Shown: piece by piece, positions 48,164 to 57,671 of the stretch
How positions within the stretch are numbered: the first letter of the stretch is position 1
Layout: every line of letters begins with the position of its first letter
Origin: an uncultured Rikenella sp.
GTDB taxonomy: Bacteria; Bacteroidota; Bacteroidia; Bacteroidales; Rikenellaceae
DNA length: 57,671 nt
Direction of reading: 5' to 3'
Assembly: GCF_910579375.1 (NCBI RefSeq)
Contig: NZ_CAJTUJ010000001.1
Span: forward strand, 1 to 57,671
Notes under the pieces: model-generated
What the model was told of the DNA's origin: nothing
The model's input: the letters and a program-made list of their open reading frames with translations, nothing else
The model's database searches: none
Program-made: the position numbers and the translations under genes

Positions 48164-48462
48164 CGATCGGAGAGTTTTTCCAGATTCGCATTGAGTTTAT
48201 CGATAGCGGCCGTCAGCCGGTCGATCTTTTTTTCCAGTTCGCCGTCGGCCGTCCGATGATCGGACGTGAGTTGTTGGAAAAAGAGCTGCTGGTCGAGCAT
48301 ATCTACCAGCTGGTCGATTCCGCCCGCTACCTTCTGGGCGGTCTGGGAGGAGGTGCCGACTTTGTCTTCGATCAGTCCGCTGACCCGATCGACGAATTTT
48401 TCGCGGTCGCTGGCCGCAGCGGCGATGGCGGCGCGCAGCAGGACGTTCAATGCCTGATTCAT
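48160..48462 (-). CDS. Small helical/coiled-coil protein (phasin-like) coupled to the UbiB gene
   Basis: 4-bp ATGA overlap with the kinase gene; C-terminal heptads LEKKIDRLTAAIDKLNANLEKL. Confidence 0.7.
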   Translation of the reverse strand: MNQALNVLLRAAIAAAASDREKFVDRVSGLIEDKVGTSSQTAQKVAGGIDQLVDMLDQQLFFQQLTSDHRTADGELEKKIDRLTAAIDKLNANLEKLSDR

Positions 48463-48637
48463 ATCGTTTGGTTCTTTTTTCGAAATATATAATTAAAGTG
48501 CCGAACTCTCGAGAAGAAGAATTCTTTGCCTCTTTCTTCTGCAAATATCGGGCAAAATTGTTCACCGTACCGCTGTCGAGGGAGCAGATTTTGTCCGAAT
48601 CGAACGATTTGGCGGAAAATTTGCTAATTTAGCCAGC

Positions 48638-50083
48638 ATGGACTGGTGGAGTATCCTCATATACGCGTTACTGGTATCCTACTTTTTGCTGGTTATCGCG
48701 ACGGTATTCACCGTGTTGCACGAGCGGCGCGATCCGATTCGGGCTTTGTCGTGGATCGCCGTGGTGATTCTTCTGCCGTTTGTCGGCATCGGCCTCTTCG
48801 TCTTTTTCGGCCAGGACTATCGCAAACAGAAAATCTTCAACCGTAAGGAAATTAAAGACCTTAAGCAGTTCGAACACCTGAGCTATCGGCAGTTGCGCGA
48901 GATGGACAACTTTTCCAACCCGGTGGTAGCGGCGAACCGGGAAATCATCACGCTGTTGCTCAATAACAACAAATCGCTGTTGACGACCGACAATCGGCTG
49001 GAGGTGTTGAACGACGGCGAGGAGACCTTTTCATCGCTGATCGATGCTTTGCGGCGGGCCGAATCATCGATCCATCTGGAATACTATATCTTCGAAAACG
49101 ACGAATTGGGGGGCGAAATCGTCGAGATTCTGAAAGCGAAGGCCCGGAGCGGGGTGGAGGTGCGGTTCATTTACGACGACGTGGGGAGCTGGAACCTCAA
49201 GCGGCGTTTTATCCGTTCGCTGCGCGAGGCGGGGATACAGATTCACTGTTTCATGCCGGTCGTCTTTCCGTGGCTGACCAGCAAAATCAACTACCGCAAC
49301 CACCGCAAAATCGTGGTGATCGACGGTCGGGTGGGGTACACTGGTGGGTTGAATATCGCCGACCGCTATCTGCACGGCACCAAATACGGCCCGTGGCGCG
49401 ACACCCACCTGAAGATTGAGGGGGCGGCGGTACACATGTTGCAACTGACCTTCCTCACGGACTGGTATTTCGCCACCGGCATTCAGCTGCGGGACAAGGA
49501 GAAGTATCTCTCGCCGGCGGGAATGAACGCCGGAGAGACGGCGGTGCAGATCGCCACCTCGGGGCCGGACTCGGATTGGGCAACGATTATGCAGGCCTAT
49601 TTCGCCGCTATCAACAAGGCGACGGATCATATCTACATCTCGACCCCGTACTTCATGCCCGGCGAATCGCTGCTGACCGCTTTGAAAGTGGCGGCCCTGA
49701 GCGGTATCGACGTGCGGATCATGTTGCCGTCGCGCTCGGACAGCAAGATCGTCTACTGGGCTTCGCGGTCGTACATCGCCGAGCTGCTGGAGGCGCGGAT
49801 CAAGGTATATCTTTATACCGAAGGGTTCAACCACAGCAAAATCATGACCATCGACGACCACTTCAGCTCGATCGGGACGGCCAATATGGACAATCGGAGT
49901 TTTGAGGACAATTTCGAGGTGACGGCCATGATTTACGACTCGCGGGTGACGGATCAGATCGAGCGACGGTTCCTACAGGATCTGGAAGGGTGTGTGAAAC
50001 TGACCCGAAAACACTGGGCGACCCGTCCGCGGGGCGAGATGCTCAAGGAGTCGGTGGCACGACTTTTCAGCCCGTTGCTGTAA
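48638..50083 (+). CDS. cls: Cardiolipin synthase
   Basis: 2 N-terminal TM helices; HRKIVVID and HSKIMTID HKD motifs. Confidence 0.95.
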   Translation: MDWWSILIYALLVSYFLLVIATVFTVLHERRDPIRALSWIAVVILLPFVGIGLFVFFGQDYRKQKIFNRKEIKDLKQFEHLSYRQLREMDNFSNPVVAANREIITLLLNNNKSLLTTDNRLEVLNDGEETFSSLIDALRRAESSIHLEYYIFENDELGGEIVEILKAKARSGVEVRFIYDDVGSWNLKRRFIRSLREAGIQIHCFMPVVFPWLTSKINYRNHRKIVVIDGRVGYTGGLNIADRYLHGTKYGPWRDTHLKIEGAAVHMLQLTFLTDWYFATGIQLRDKEKYLSPAGMNAGETAVQIATSGPDSDWATIMQAYFAAINKATDHIYISTPYFMPGESLLTALKVAALSGIDVRIMLPSRSDSKIVYWASRSYIAELLEARIKVYLYTEGFNHSKIMTIDDHFSSIGTANMDNRSFEDNFEVTAMIYDSRVTDQIERRFLQDLEGCVKLTRKHWATRPRGEMLKESVARLFSPLL

Positions 50084-50125
50084 GCGAAAAATTGGAGTAT
50101 ATTTGCCCCGTTATTTTTATTTCGC

Positions 50126-50779
50126 ATGATGAAGAAAACATTGCTCTCTATCTGTTTTTGCGTGGCTGCGCTGAGCGGCGTGCATGCCGCATCGCCCGTA
50201 CAGTTCGGGGTGAAAGGCGGCCTGTTGATCAATAGCTCGGATTTGAAGTACACCTTTTCGTCGGCCGATCGGGATCGTTATTCCGAAAGCAGCACCAAGC
50301 CGGGGTTCGAAATCGGGCTCCAGGCGCGGGTGCGGCTTCCGCTGGGCTTCCTGATCCAGCCGGAGGTGGTCTACAGCCGTACCAGCGGATCGTTCCCGGT
50401 CGAAACGAAGGCGGCGGACGGAACTGTTACGAACGATAAACTGAAAGTGCGCTCCAACTGGATCGAAGTGCCGGTTCTGGTGGGATGGAAATTTTCGATC
50501 GTGCGGCTGATGGCCGGGCCGTCGTTCCGTTTTCCGATGGACGAGGTGATGAACGTCGGATTGAAAGAGGCGAAAGTGGCTCCGCGACTCGATAACTTCG
50601 TGATGGGCTATCAGGCGGGTGTCGGGGTTGATCTCGGGCGATTGACCATCGATGCGCGGTATTGCGGCAACTTCTCGAAAATCGCCAATCAGCAGCGGGG
50701 AGCGGAAGATTATATCTCCGGTCTGAAGGTCAAGGAGCAGAAAGTGGCGATTTCGATCGGCTATATGATTCTGAAATAG
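50126..50779 (+). CDS. Outer-membrane beta-barrel (porin-family) protein
   Basis: Signal peptide, FGVKGG, QPEVVY, IEVPVLVG, DARY. -7 box at 50098-50105. Confidence 0.82.
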   Translation: MMKKTLLSICFCVAALSGVHAASPVQFGVKGGLLINSSDLKYTFSSADRDRYSESSTKPGFEIGLQARVRLPLGFLIQPEVVYSRTSGSFPVETKAADGTVTNDKLKVRSNWIEVPVLVGWKFSIVRLMAGPSFRFPMDEVMNVGLKEAKVAPRLDNFVMGYQAGVGVDLGRLTIDARYCGNFSKIANQQRGAEDYISGLKVKEQKVAISIGYMILK

Positions 50780-50796
50780 AGCTGTTTCTGGTTTTT

Positions 50797-51774
50797 ATGG
50801 GCGAAAAGATCATAGATCTCGACGGAACGATCGACCCGGCGGATTTTTACGGGGCGGCGGATGTCAATTTCCATCGTCTGGTGGGAAAGTTCCCCGAATT
50901 GAAAATCGTGGCGCGGGGTGGGACGTTGAAGTTACTGGGGTCGGAGGAGCAGATCGTCCGTTTCGAAGAGCGGTTTGCGCAGTTGGTCGCCTATTTTCGG
51001 CGCTATGGGCATCTTTCGCCGGAGGTGCTGGATCAGATTTTCGATGTGCCGACCGTCGATCGGCGTCCTGTGGCGGGAGAGGGCGATACGGCGGCGGGGA
51101 CGGAGGATGTCATCGTCTATGGGAACAACGGAAATATCGTTCGTGCCCGGACGACTAACCAGAGGAAGTTGGTGGAGCTGTATGCGAAAAACGACCTCCT
51201 GTTCGCCGTCGGGCCGGCGGGGAGCGGGAAAACCTATACGGCGATCGCGCTGGCGGTGCGTGCCTTGAAAAATAAGGAGGTGCGGCGGATTATCCTGACC
51301 CGTCCGGCGGTGGAGGCGGGCGAGAAGCTGGGCTTTTTGCCGGGGGATATGAAGGAGAAACTCGATCCTTACTTGCAGCCGCTGTATGACGCCCTGAACG
51401 ACATGATTCCCCCGAAAAAGTTGCAGGACTATATGGCCGAGGGGATTGTGCAGATTGCGCCGCTGGCCTATATGCGCGGACGGACGCTGGACAACGCCTT
51501 CGTGATTCTGGACGAGGCGCAGAACACCCTGTTGTCGCAGATCAAGATGTTTCTGACCCGGATGGGGCGCAATGCGAAATTTATCGTGACCGGAGATGTC
51601 ACGCAGGTCGATTTGCCCCATCAGGGAGATTCAGGGCTGATGCCTGCCATCGGGATGCTGCGCGGAATCAAGGGAATCGGGGTCGTGGAGTTCGACAAGC
51701 AGGATATCGTGCGGCACGAATTGGTCAAACACATCGTGCAGGCGTTCGAGAAACACGGGGCGCCGCGGGATTGA
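50797..51774 (+). CDS. phoH: PhoH-family ATPase
   Basis: [36 protein letters not shown] at 50797. Confidence 0.93.
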   Translation: MGEKIIDLDGTIDPADFYGAADVNFHRLVGKFPELKIVARGGTLKLLGSEEQIVRFEERFAQLVAYFRRYGHLSPEVLDQIFDVPTVDRRPVAGEGDTAAGTEDVIVYGNNGNIVRARTTNQRKLVELYAKNDLLFAVGPAGSGKTYTAIALAVRALKNKEVRRIILTRPAVEAGEKLGFLPGDMKEKLDPYLQPLYDALNDMIPPKKLQDYMAEGIVQIAPLAYMRGRTLDNAFVILDEAQNTLLSQIKMFLTRMGRNAKFIVTGDVTQVDLPHQGDSGLMPAIGMLRGIKGIGVVEFDKQDIVRHELVKHIVQAFEKHGAPRD

Positions 51775-51814
51775 TGCGATAGAGACACATACTAAATTTC
51801 ACATAGTCATAAAA

Positions 51815-52768
51815 ATGGCGAAAGCATTGGTAAAGACCGATCTGCACTTCGACGGTCAGAAATCTTTGTACGAAGGCAAAGTGCGCGATGTGTATGACAT
51901 CGACGACAAATATTTGGCCATGGTCGTTACCGACCGCATTTCGGCGTTCGACGTGGTGCTTCCGAAAGGGATTCCGTTCAAGGGGCAGGTGTTGAACCAG
52001 ATTGCAGCCAAGGCGTTGGACGCGACGACCGATATTTGTCCGAACTGGAAGATCGCTTCGCCCGATCCGATGGTGACGGTGGGGTACAAATGCCAGCCGT
52101 TTGCCGTGGAGATGATCGTCCGGGGTTATTTGACGGGGAGTTCGTGGCGGGATTACAAGGCCGGGGCCCGGTCGATCTGCGGAGTGCCGCTGCCGGAGGG
52201 GATGCGCGAACACCAGAAATTCGAGAAACCCATTATCACGCCGACTACGAAAGCGGAACTGGGGCTTCATGACGAGAATATTTCGAAAGAGGATATTATT
52301 GCCCGGGGACTGGTTTCAGCGGAGGATTATGCGGTGCTCGAAAAATATGCCATGCAGCTCTTCGAACGCGGGACGGAGATTGCGGCTCAACACGGTTTGA
52401 TCCTCGTGGATACGAAGTACGAGTTCGGCAAGAAAGACGGCGAGATTTACCTGATCGACGAGGTGCACACGCCGGACAGCTCGCGTTATTTCTATGCCGA
52501 CGGTTATCAAGAACGGTTCGACCGGGGCGAGCAGCAACGGCAGCTCTCCAAAGAGTTCGTCCGCGAATGGCTGATGGAACACGGGTTCCAGGGGCGCAAG
52601 GGGGATGTGATGCCGGAGCTGACGGACGCGTTCGTGGACAGCGTGAGCGAACGGTATATCGAACTGTACGAACACATTACGGGCGAGAAGTTCGACCGCG
52701 GCATGGAACCGGCGACGGAGGAGCGGATTGCGAACAATGTGAAGAATATGTTGGCGCGGCTGGTGTAG
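51815..52768 (+). CDS. purC: SAICAR synthase
   Basis: [32 protein letters not shown]. Confidence 0.97.
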   Translation: MAKALVKTDLHFDGQKSLYEGKVRDVYDIDDKYLAMVVTDRISAFDVVLPKGIPFKGQVLNQIAAKALDATTDICPNWKIASPDPMVTVGYKCQPFAVEMIVRGYLTGSSWRDYKAGARSICGVPLPEGMREHQKFEKPIITPTTKAELGLHDENISKEDIIARGLVSAEDYAVLEKYAMQLFERGTEIAAQHGLILVDTKYEFGKKDGEIYLIDEVHTPDSSRYFYADGYQERFDRGEQQRQLSKEFVREWLMEHGFQGRKGDVMPELTDAFVDSVSERYIELYEHITGEKFDRGMEPATEERIANNVKNMLARLV

Positions 52769-52789
52769 GGGGATGCTATTTTGCTCTTC

Positions 52790-52827
52790 AGAGCGGCTGC
52801 CGGCATACCCCGGAGCCGCTCTTTTTT
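52790..52827 (+). terminator. Terminator after purC
   Basis: agagcggct...agccgctct followed by ttttt. Confidence 0.82.
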
Positions 52828-52843
52828 GTTCGCAAGAACCGGA

Positions 52844-53206
52844 TTAAAAGCCTTTCCGGTATTTCTTTTCGAAGATATCCATATGTTCCTCGCCCCAGCG
52901 GATCATGGCATCGATGATGGGCAACAACGAGAGCCCCAGCGAAGTTATCCTATATTCCGATCTGGGAGGCAGTTCCGGAAAAATGGTTTTCGATACCAGC
53001 CCGTCCTCCACCATCTCTTTCAACTGTATGTCCAGTACGCGGGGCGTGGCTTCCGGCAGGCATTTGTGGATCTCGCTCGGCCGTATTCCTTCCGGCCGGG
53101 TACGCATTTCGTCAAGAATACAGGATTTCCATTTCGATTCGATCAGACTCATCGTCAAACGGAGCGGACAATCGAGGTCGATCGGTATTTTTCTTTCGTA
53201 GGCCAT
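52844..53206 (-). CDS. HxlR-family winged-HTH regulator
   Basis: CP......I..KWK, L..QLKE...DGLV, PPR.EY.IT..G. Confidence 0.9.
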   Translation of the reverse strand: MAYERKIPIDLDCPLRLTMSLIESKWKSCILDEMRTRPEGIRPSEIHKCLPEATPRVLDIQLKEMVEDGLVSKTIFPELPPRSEYRITSLGLSLLPIIDAMIRWGEEHMDIFEKKYRKGF

Positions 53207-53265
53207 AGGTGTTCCGGGTGGGATTCGCTGTAAAATTAGTGATAATGTTCGATCACGTCATACCC

Positions 53266-53331
53266 AATAATTTTTCGGTATATGAATAATTTTTCGGTAC
53301 TTGCGGTTACCGGAACACCGTTCTAACTTTG
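53266..53331. promoter_or_regulatory. Divergent promoter with operator-like repeats
   Basis: aataatttttcggta twice (53266, 53285); cggta-N8-taccg at 53295-53312; -7 box taactttg at 53324-53331. Confidence 0.6.
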
Positions 53332-53353
53332 CCGGCAAAAAGAAAACAAAAAC

Positions 53354-53740
53354 ATGAGAAGCGAAATTATAGAATACGAGGCTGTACAGGAGGCCGCTAT
53401 GAAGTTTGTCAAGAGTGTTGCCGAGGGAGACAGCCGGCATGCCAGAACTCTTTTCGTCGATGATGCCGTACTTTTCGGCTATCTGGACGGAGTGTTGGAA
53501 CGCGGCTCCATCGACCGATTTTACCGGAACGTGGATACGGTGGGAGCCGGTTCCGGATTCAAGGCTCGCGTAGATGTCCTTGCCGTAGAGGAGACTGTGG
53601 CCGTCGTGCGCGTATTGGAAGAGGGATGGGGTGGCCGAATCGATTTTACGGACTATTTGTTGCTTCTGAAGATCGACGGAGCGTGGAGATGCGTGGCAAA
53701 AGCATACAATCAGAACTCGAATACCGTTTCGCGCAAATAG
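53354..53740 (+). CDS. NTF2-like (lumazine-binding-like) protein
   Basis: F..DA.L.GY, A.VRV, FTDYL.LLKIDG.W....K.Y. Confidence 0.82.
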   Translation: MRSEIIEYEAVQEAAMKFVKSVAEGDSRHARTLFVDDAVLFGYLDGVLERGSIDRFYRNVDTVGAGSGFKARVDVLAVEETVAVVRVLEEGWGGRIDFTDYLLLLKIDGAWRCVAKAYNQNSNTVSRK

Positions 53741-53766
53741 TTCCGCAGGAGTAAAAAAGGATTAAA

Positions 53767-53809
53767 ACAGAGAGGGGGAAGACATTTGCCATGTCTTCCC
53801 CCTCTCTGT
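53767..53809. terminator. Hairpin between convergent genes
   Basis: Perfect 19-bp stem acagagagggggaagacat-ttgcc-atgtcttccccctctctgt. Confidence 0.85.
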
Positions 53810-53823
53810 GGTCGGAGATGCGG

Positions 53824-55182
53824 CTACCGTTGTTCCAACGCCTTGTATTCCGTAGCTGGAGCGACATTCTTATAGGCCGGCCGGATAATGCGCCGACTGT
53901 CGAAATTCAGCTCCTCTGTCCGGTGTGCCACCCATCCGGCGATACGCGACATGGCGAACAACGGGGTGTAGACCTCCCGCGGCAATCCGATCATGTCGTA
54001 CACGAAGCCCGAATAGAAGTCCACATTGGCGCACACCTTTTTGTTCACCGAGTTGCCTTTGAATTCCATGAAGCTCTCCACGGCTAGCCGTTCGACGGAT
54101 TCGAGAAAAGCGAACTCCTTCTCCCGTCCCTTCTCCTGGGCCAGCGAACGTGCCATCTCCTTGAGCAGCAGGGCTCGCGGATCGGAAATCGTGTAGACCG
54201 CATGTCCGATCCCGTAAATCAACCCCTTCTTGTCGTACACCTCCTTGCGCAGCATCCGCATCAGGTAAGCCTTGATCTCCGCCTCGTCCGTCCAGTCCGA
54301 GATCACCTCTCGCAAGTGGGCGAACATGTCGATGACCTGCAAATTGGCTCCCCCGTGCAACGGCCCTTTCAGCGAACCGATCGCTGCTGCGATCGAAGAG
54401 TAGGTGTCCGTCCCCGACGAGCTGGTCACCCGCGTCGTGAAGGTCGAGTTGTTCCCCCCGCCGTGTTCCGCATGCAGAATCAGGCACAGGTCCAATACTT
54501 TGACATCCAGCGGGGTATATCCTTTGGAACCCTTCATCATGTAGATGAAGTTTTCGGCCAGCGAGAAGCCCGGTTTCGGAATCCGGATGTGCAGCGACCC
54601 GCCGTTCTTGTTGTGGTTCATCGTGTGGTAGGCATAGGCGATGATCGACGGAAACTTCGCGATCAGGTCTACCGACTGCCGTACCAGATTGTCGCGCGAG
54701 GTATCGTCCGGATTCTCGTCGAAAGCGTAGAGCACCAGTACCGACCGCGCCAGGATGTTCATGATGTCGTTCCCGTAGAGTTGCAGGATGTTCATCTTCG
54801 CCGCATGGCGCAAGACCATCTGTTCGTTCAGCAGGTTGGTGAAGGTGTCCAGCTCCTCCCTGTCCGGCAGGTAGCCCGAGAGCAGCAAAAAGGCCGTCTC
54901 CTCATATCCTAACCGCTCTTCGTCCTGGACGCCGTGCACGAGATCGGCCACGTCGATCCCCCGGTAGAGCAGTTTGCCGGGAATGGCTTTCAAACCTTTG
55001 CCGTCGGCCAGCCGTTCGTAGCCCACCACGTCGCCGATGTTGGTCAGACCGACCAGCACCCCCGAGTGATCCTCATTCCGCAGCCCGCGTTTCACGCCGA
55101 AGCATTTGAAGAGGTCGTTTTCGATCCGCGAAGTCTCCTTGACGGTTTCCGAGAGCTTGTATATCAGATAGTCTTTATTCAT
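53824..55182 (-). CDS. gltA: Citrate synthase
   Basis: [30 protein letters not shown]. Confidence 0.93.
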   Translation of the reverse strand: MNKDYLIYKLSETVKETSRIENDLFKCFGVKRGLRNEDHSGVLVGLTNIGDVVGYERLADGKGLKAIPGKLLYRGIDVADLVHGVQDEERLGYEETAFLLLSGYLPDREELDTFTNLLNEQMVLRHAAKMNILQLYGNDIMNILARSVLVLYAFDENPDDTSRDNLVRQSVDLIAKFPSIIAYAYHTMNHNKNGGSLHIRIPKPGFSLAENFIYMMKGSKGYTPLDVKVLDLCLILHAEHGGGNNSTFTTRVTSSSGTDTYSSIAAAIGSLKGPLHGGANLQVIDMFAHLREVISDWTDEAEIKAYLMRMLRKEVYDKKGLIYGIGHAVYTISDPRALLLKEMARSLAQEKGREKEFAFLESVERLAVESFMEFKGNSVNKKVCANVDFYSGFVYDMIGLPREVYTPLFAMSRIAGWVAHRTEELNFDSRRIIRPAYKNVAPATEYKALEQR

Positions 55183-56452
55183 CTCCTTTGTCGTTAATTT
55201 TCGCGATCAACAGATCGGCAAATTCGCTGGTCGAGAGCCGGGTGCCGTTCTCCATAAAACGAACCAGATCGTAGGTCGCTTTTCCCTCGACGAATGCGCT
55301 CTCCATGGCCCGTATAATAGCCTCTCCAGCCTCTGCCCATCCCATGTATTGGAGCATCATGACCGCCGAGAGCAGGAGCGAGCAGGGGTTGGCCTTGTTC
55401 TTCCCAGCATGGATCGGCGCCGTCCCGTGCGTGGCCTCGAAAATGGCATGTCCCGTGGTGTAGTTGATATTGGCCCCCGGCGCGATCCCGATGCCGCCGA
55501 CCATGGCGGCCAGCTGATCCGAAATATAGTCCCCGTTCAGGTTCAGGGTGGCGATCACCGAGAACTCCCGCGGTTTGAGCAGCGTCCACTGTAGGAAAGC
55601 GTCGGCAATGGCATCTTTGATAATGACTTTGCCCGCGTTCACAGCCGCCGTCTGAGCCGTATTCGCAGCCTCTTCCCCTTCCGCTTTCTTAATCCGTTCC
55701 CACTCGGCCCAAGTGAAGGTCTGTCCGCCGAACTCCCGTTCCGCCAACTCGTACCCCCAATTCTTGAAGGAACCCTCGGTGAACTTCATGATATTCCCCT
55801 TGTGCACCAAAGTCACCGACGGCAGGCGATGGTCGATCGCATACCGAATCGCCGCCCGCACGAGCCGTTCCGTCCCCTCCCGGGAGACCGGTTTGATGCC
55901 GAACGACGAACTCTCCGGAAAGCGAATCTTCCGAACCCCCATCTCGTTGATCAGAAATTCCCGCAACCTGATCGCCTCCGGCGTTCCTGTCTGCCACTCG
56001 ATTCCGGCGTAGATATCCTCCGTATTCTCCCGGAAAATCACCATGTCGACATCCTGCGGCCGCTTGAGCGGTGTCACGACCCCCTGGAAATAACGGGTCG
56101 GACGCTGGCAGACGTACAAATCGAGCTCCTGCCGCAAAGCGACGTTCAACGACCGAATCCCTCCGCCGATCGGCGTGGTCAGCGGCCCTTTGATCCCCAC
56201 GAGGTACTCTCGAAAAATCTCCAGCGTCTCAGCCGGGAGCCATTCGCCTGTCCGGTCGAACGCTTTTTGACCAGCCAGCACCTCCCGCCACTCGATCTGC
56301 CGTTGCCCGCCGTAACAAGCCGCGACTGCCGCGTCGACAATTCGCCGCGTCGCCGGCCAGATATCCACTCCGATGCCGTCCCCCTCAATAAAAGGAATGA
56401 CCGGTTTGTCCGGCACCTCCAAAACTCCGTTGCTGATGGTGATTTTATTCAT
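55175..56452 (-). CDS. icd: NADP-dependent isocitrate dehydrogenase
   Basis: [38 protein letters not shown]. Confidence 0.97.
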   Translation of the reverse strand: MNKITISNGVLEVPDKPVIPFIEGDGIGVDIWPATRRIVDAAVAACYGGQRQIEWREVLAGQKAFDRTGEWLPAETLEIFREYLVGIKGPLTTPIGGGIRSLNVALRQELDLYVCQRPTRYFQGVVTPLKRPQDVDMVIFRENTEDIYAGIEWQTGTPEAIRLREFLINEMGVRKIRFPESSSFGIKPVSREGTERLVRAAIRYAIDHRLPSVTLVHKGNIMKFTEGSFKNWGYELAEREFGGQTFTWAEWERIKKAEGEEAANTAQTAAVNAGKVIIKDAIADAFLQWTLLKPREFSVIATLNLNGDYISDQLAAMVGGIGIAPGANINYTTGHAIFEATHGTAPIHAGKNKANPCSLLLSAVMMLQYMGWAEAGEAIIRAMESAFVEGKATYDLVRFMENGTRLSTSEFADLLIAKINDKGDE

Positions 56453-57671
56453 TATGCGTTCGTTTTTTTGCTCAGTAAGTTGAGTGCGCTCCCCGCCCGG
56501 AACCAGGCAATTTGCAGCTCGTTATAAGTATGTTCGGCCTCGAAACTTTCGGTAGTCCCGTCCGCGTGTTGCAACACGACGGTCATCGGAACCCCCGGTG
56601 CAAAGTCTTTCAGACCGAGTATCGAAATTGTATCGTCTTCCCGCACCTTCTCCCAGTCCGCCTTATGGGCGAAAGTCAAGGCCAGAATGCCCTGTTTCTT
56701 GAGGTTGGTCTCGTGGATCCGGGCGAACGACTGCGCCAGCACCGCTTTTACCCCCAAAAACCGAGGCTCCATCGCCGCATGCTCCCGCGACGAACCCTCG
56801 CCGTAGTTTTCCTGCGCCACCACGATGCTTCCCACCTCCTTGGCCTTATAGTCCTTCGCTACAGCCGAGACCTTGTCGTATGTCTGCCCCGGTAGAGTCG
56901 GATTCAATACGCAGTTCACCGCATCCCGTCCCTCCGTCGCGAAAGCGTTGGTCGCCCCCATCAACAAGTTGTCCGAAATGTTTTCGAGGTGCCCGCGAAA
57001 CCTGAGCCAGGGCCCGGCCATCGAGATATGGTCGGTGGTGCATTTCCCCCGCGTTTTGATCAGCAGTCGCAGCCCCTCGAAATCTTCTCCGTCCCATGCC
57101 GCGAACGGCTCCAGCCGTTGCAGCCGTTGAGAATCCGGCGCGATAACCACCGTCACATCTGTCCCGTCCGCCGCCGGCGCCTGATAACCCGGATCGTCCA
57201 CTGCGAACCCTGCGGCGGGCTGCTCCCGGCCCGTCGGCGCATCCAGCCGCACCGCCGTTCCCTCCTTATCGGGTATCGTGTCGGTCAGCGGGTTGAAAGT
57301 AATGCGTCCCGCAATCGTCATAGCCGTCACCACCTCCGGCGAGGCAATAAAAGCATGGGTTTTCGGATTTCCATCGTTCCGCGCCGCGAAGTTCCGGTTA
57401 AAGCTGGTGACGATCGAATTCGCCCGTGTCGAATCGTCCGTATGCCGTTTCCATTGCCCGATGCAGGCCCCGCACGCATTCGCCATGACGATGCCGCCGA
57501 TCGCTTCGAAATCGCGCAACAGTCCGTCCCGCTCCGCCGTGTAGCGCACCTGCTCCGATCCCGGCGTCACGATGTATTGCGCCTGAACGGTCAAACCTTT
57601 CTCCGCCGCTTGTCGCGCCACCGACGCCGCCCGGGTCATGTCTTCGTAAGAGGAGTCGGTGCACGAGCCGA
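56452..57671 (-). CDS. acn: Aconitate hydratase (5' part outside window)
   Basis: [40 protein letters not shown]. The frame is open to the window end. Confidence 0.95.
   Translation of the reverse strand, partial: GSCTDSSYEDMTRAASVARQAAEKGLTVQAQYIVTPGSEQVRYTAERDGLLRDFEAIGGIVMANACGACIGQWKRHTDDSTRANSIVTSFNRNFAARNDGNPKTHAFIASPEVVTAMTIAGRITFNPLTDTIPDKEGTAVRLDAPTGREQPAAGFAVDDPGYQAPAADGTDVTVVIAPDSQRLQRLEPFAAWDGEDFEGLRLLIKTRGKCTTDHISMAGPWLRFRGHLENISDNLLMGATNAFATEGRDAVNCVLNPTLPGQTYDKVSAVAKDYKAKEVGSIVVAQENYGEGSSREHAAMEPRFLGVKAVLAQSFARIHETNLKKQGILALTFAHKADWEKVREDDTISILGLKDFAPGVPMTVVLQHADGTTESFEAEHTYNELQIAWFRAGSALNLLSKKTNA

Overview
Bacteroidales chromosome. Rikenellaceae-like is an inference from the GC-rich core genes, TAnnTTTG promoters and MqnP-type UbiA. 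Bases 1-13626 are the visibly AT-richer right part of a Tn4555-like integrative mobilizable element that abuts the stop codon of mnmE. Its backbone reads, on the minus strand, tnpA-like (Zn finger + 4 wHTH), int, tnpC-like, xis, AAA ATPase, oriT region, mobC, relaxase, mobB-like. Its cargo is a type I RM locus (partial hsdM, DinD-N/RhuM fusion, expressed hsdS, inverted silent hsdS, tyrosine invertase) with two nested inverted-repeat pairs, i.e. a predicted 4-state specificity shufflon. Bases 13627-57671 are mostly housekeeping: mnmE, greA, pyrBI, uvrA, znuABC-like, rplM-rpsI-rpsB-tsf, truA, pepD, fabD, parEC, aroK, ubiA/ubiB-like, cls, phoH, purC and acn-icd-gltA. The best leads are the hsdS shufflon; a ~30-bp motif repeated at the element end and upstream of int and tnpC; a 4x10-bp array upstream of the 4-HTH targeting protein gene; an intact secreted GH2 with both catalytic Glu apparently replaced by Arg; a ~260-nt highly structured non-coding element; and a greA leader attenuator. 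No CRISPR array, rRNA or tRNA was seen.
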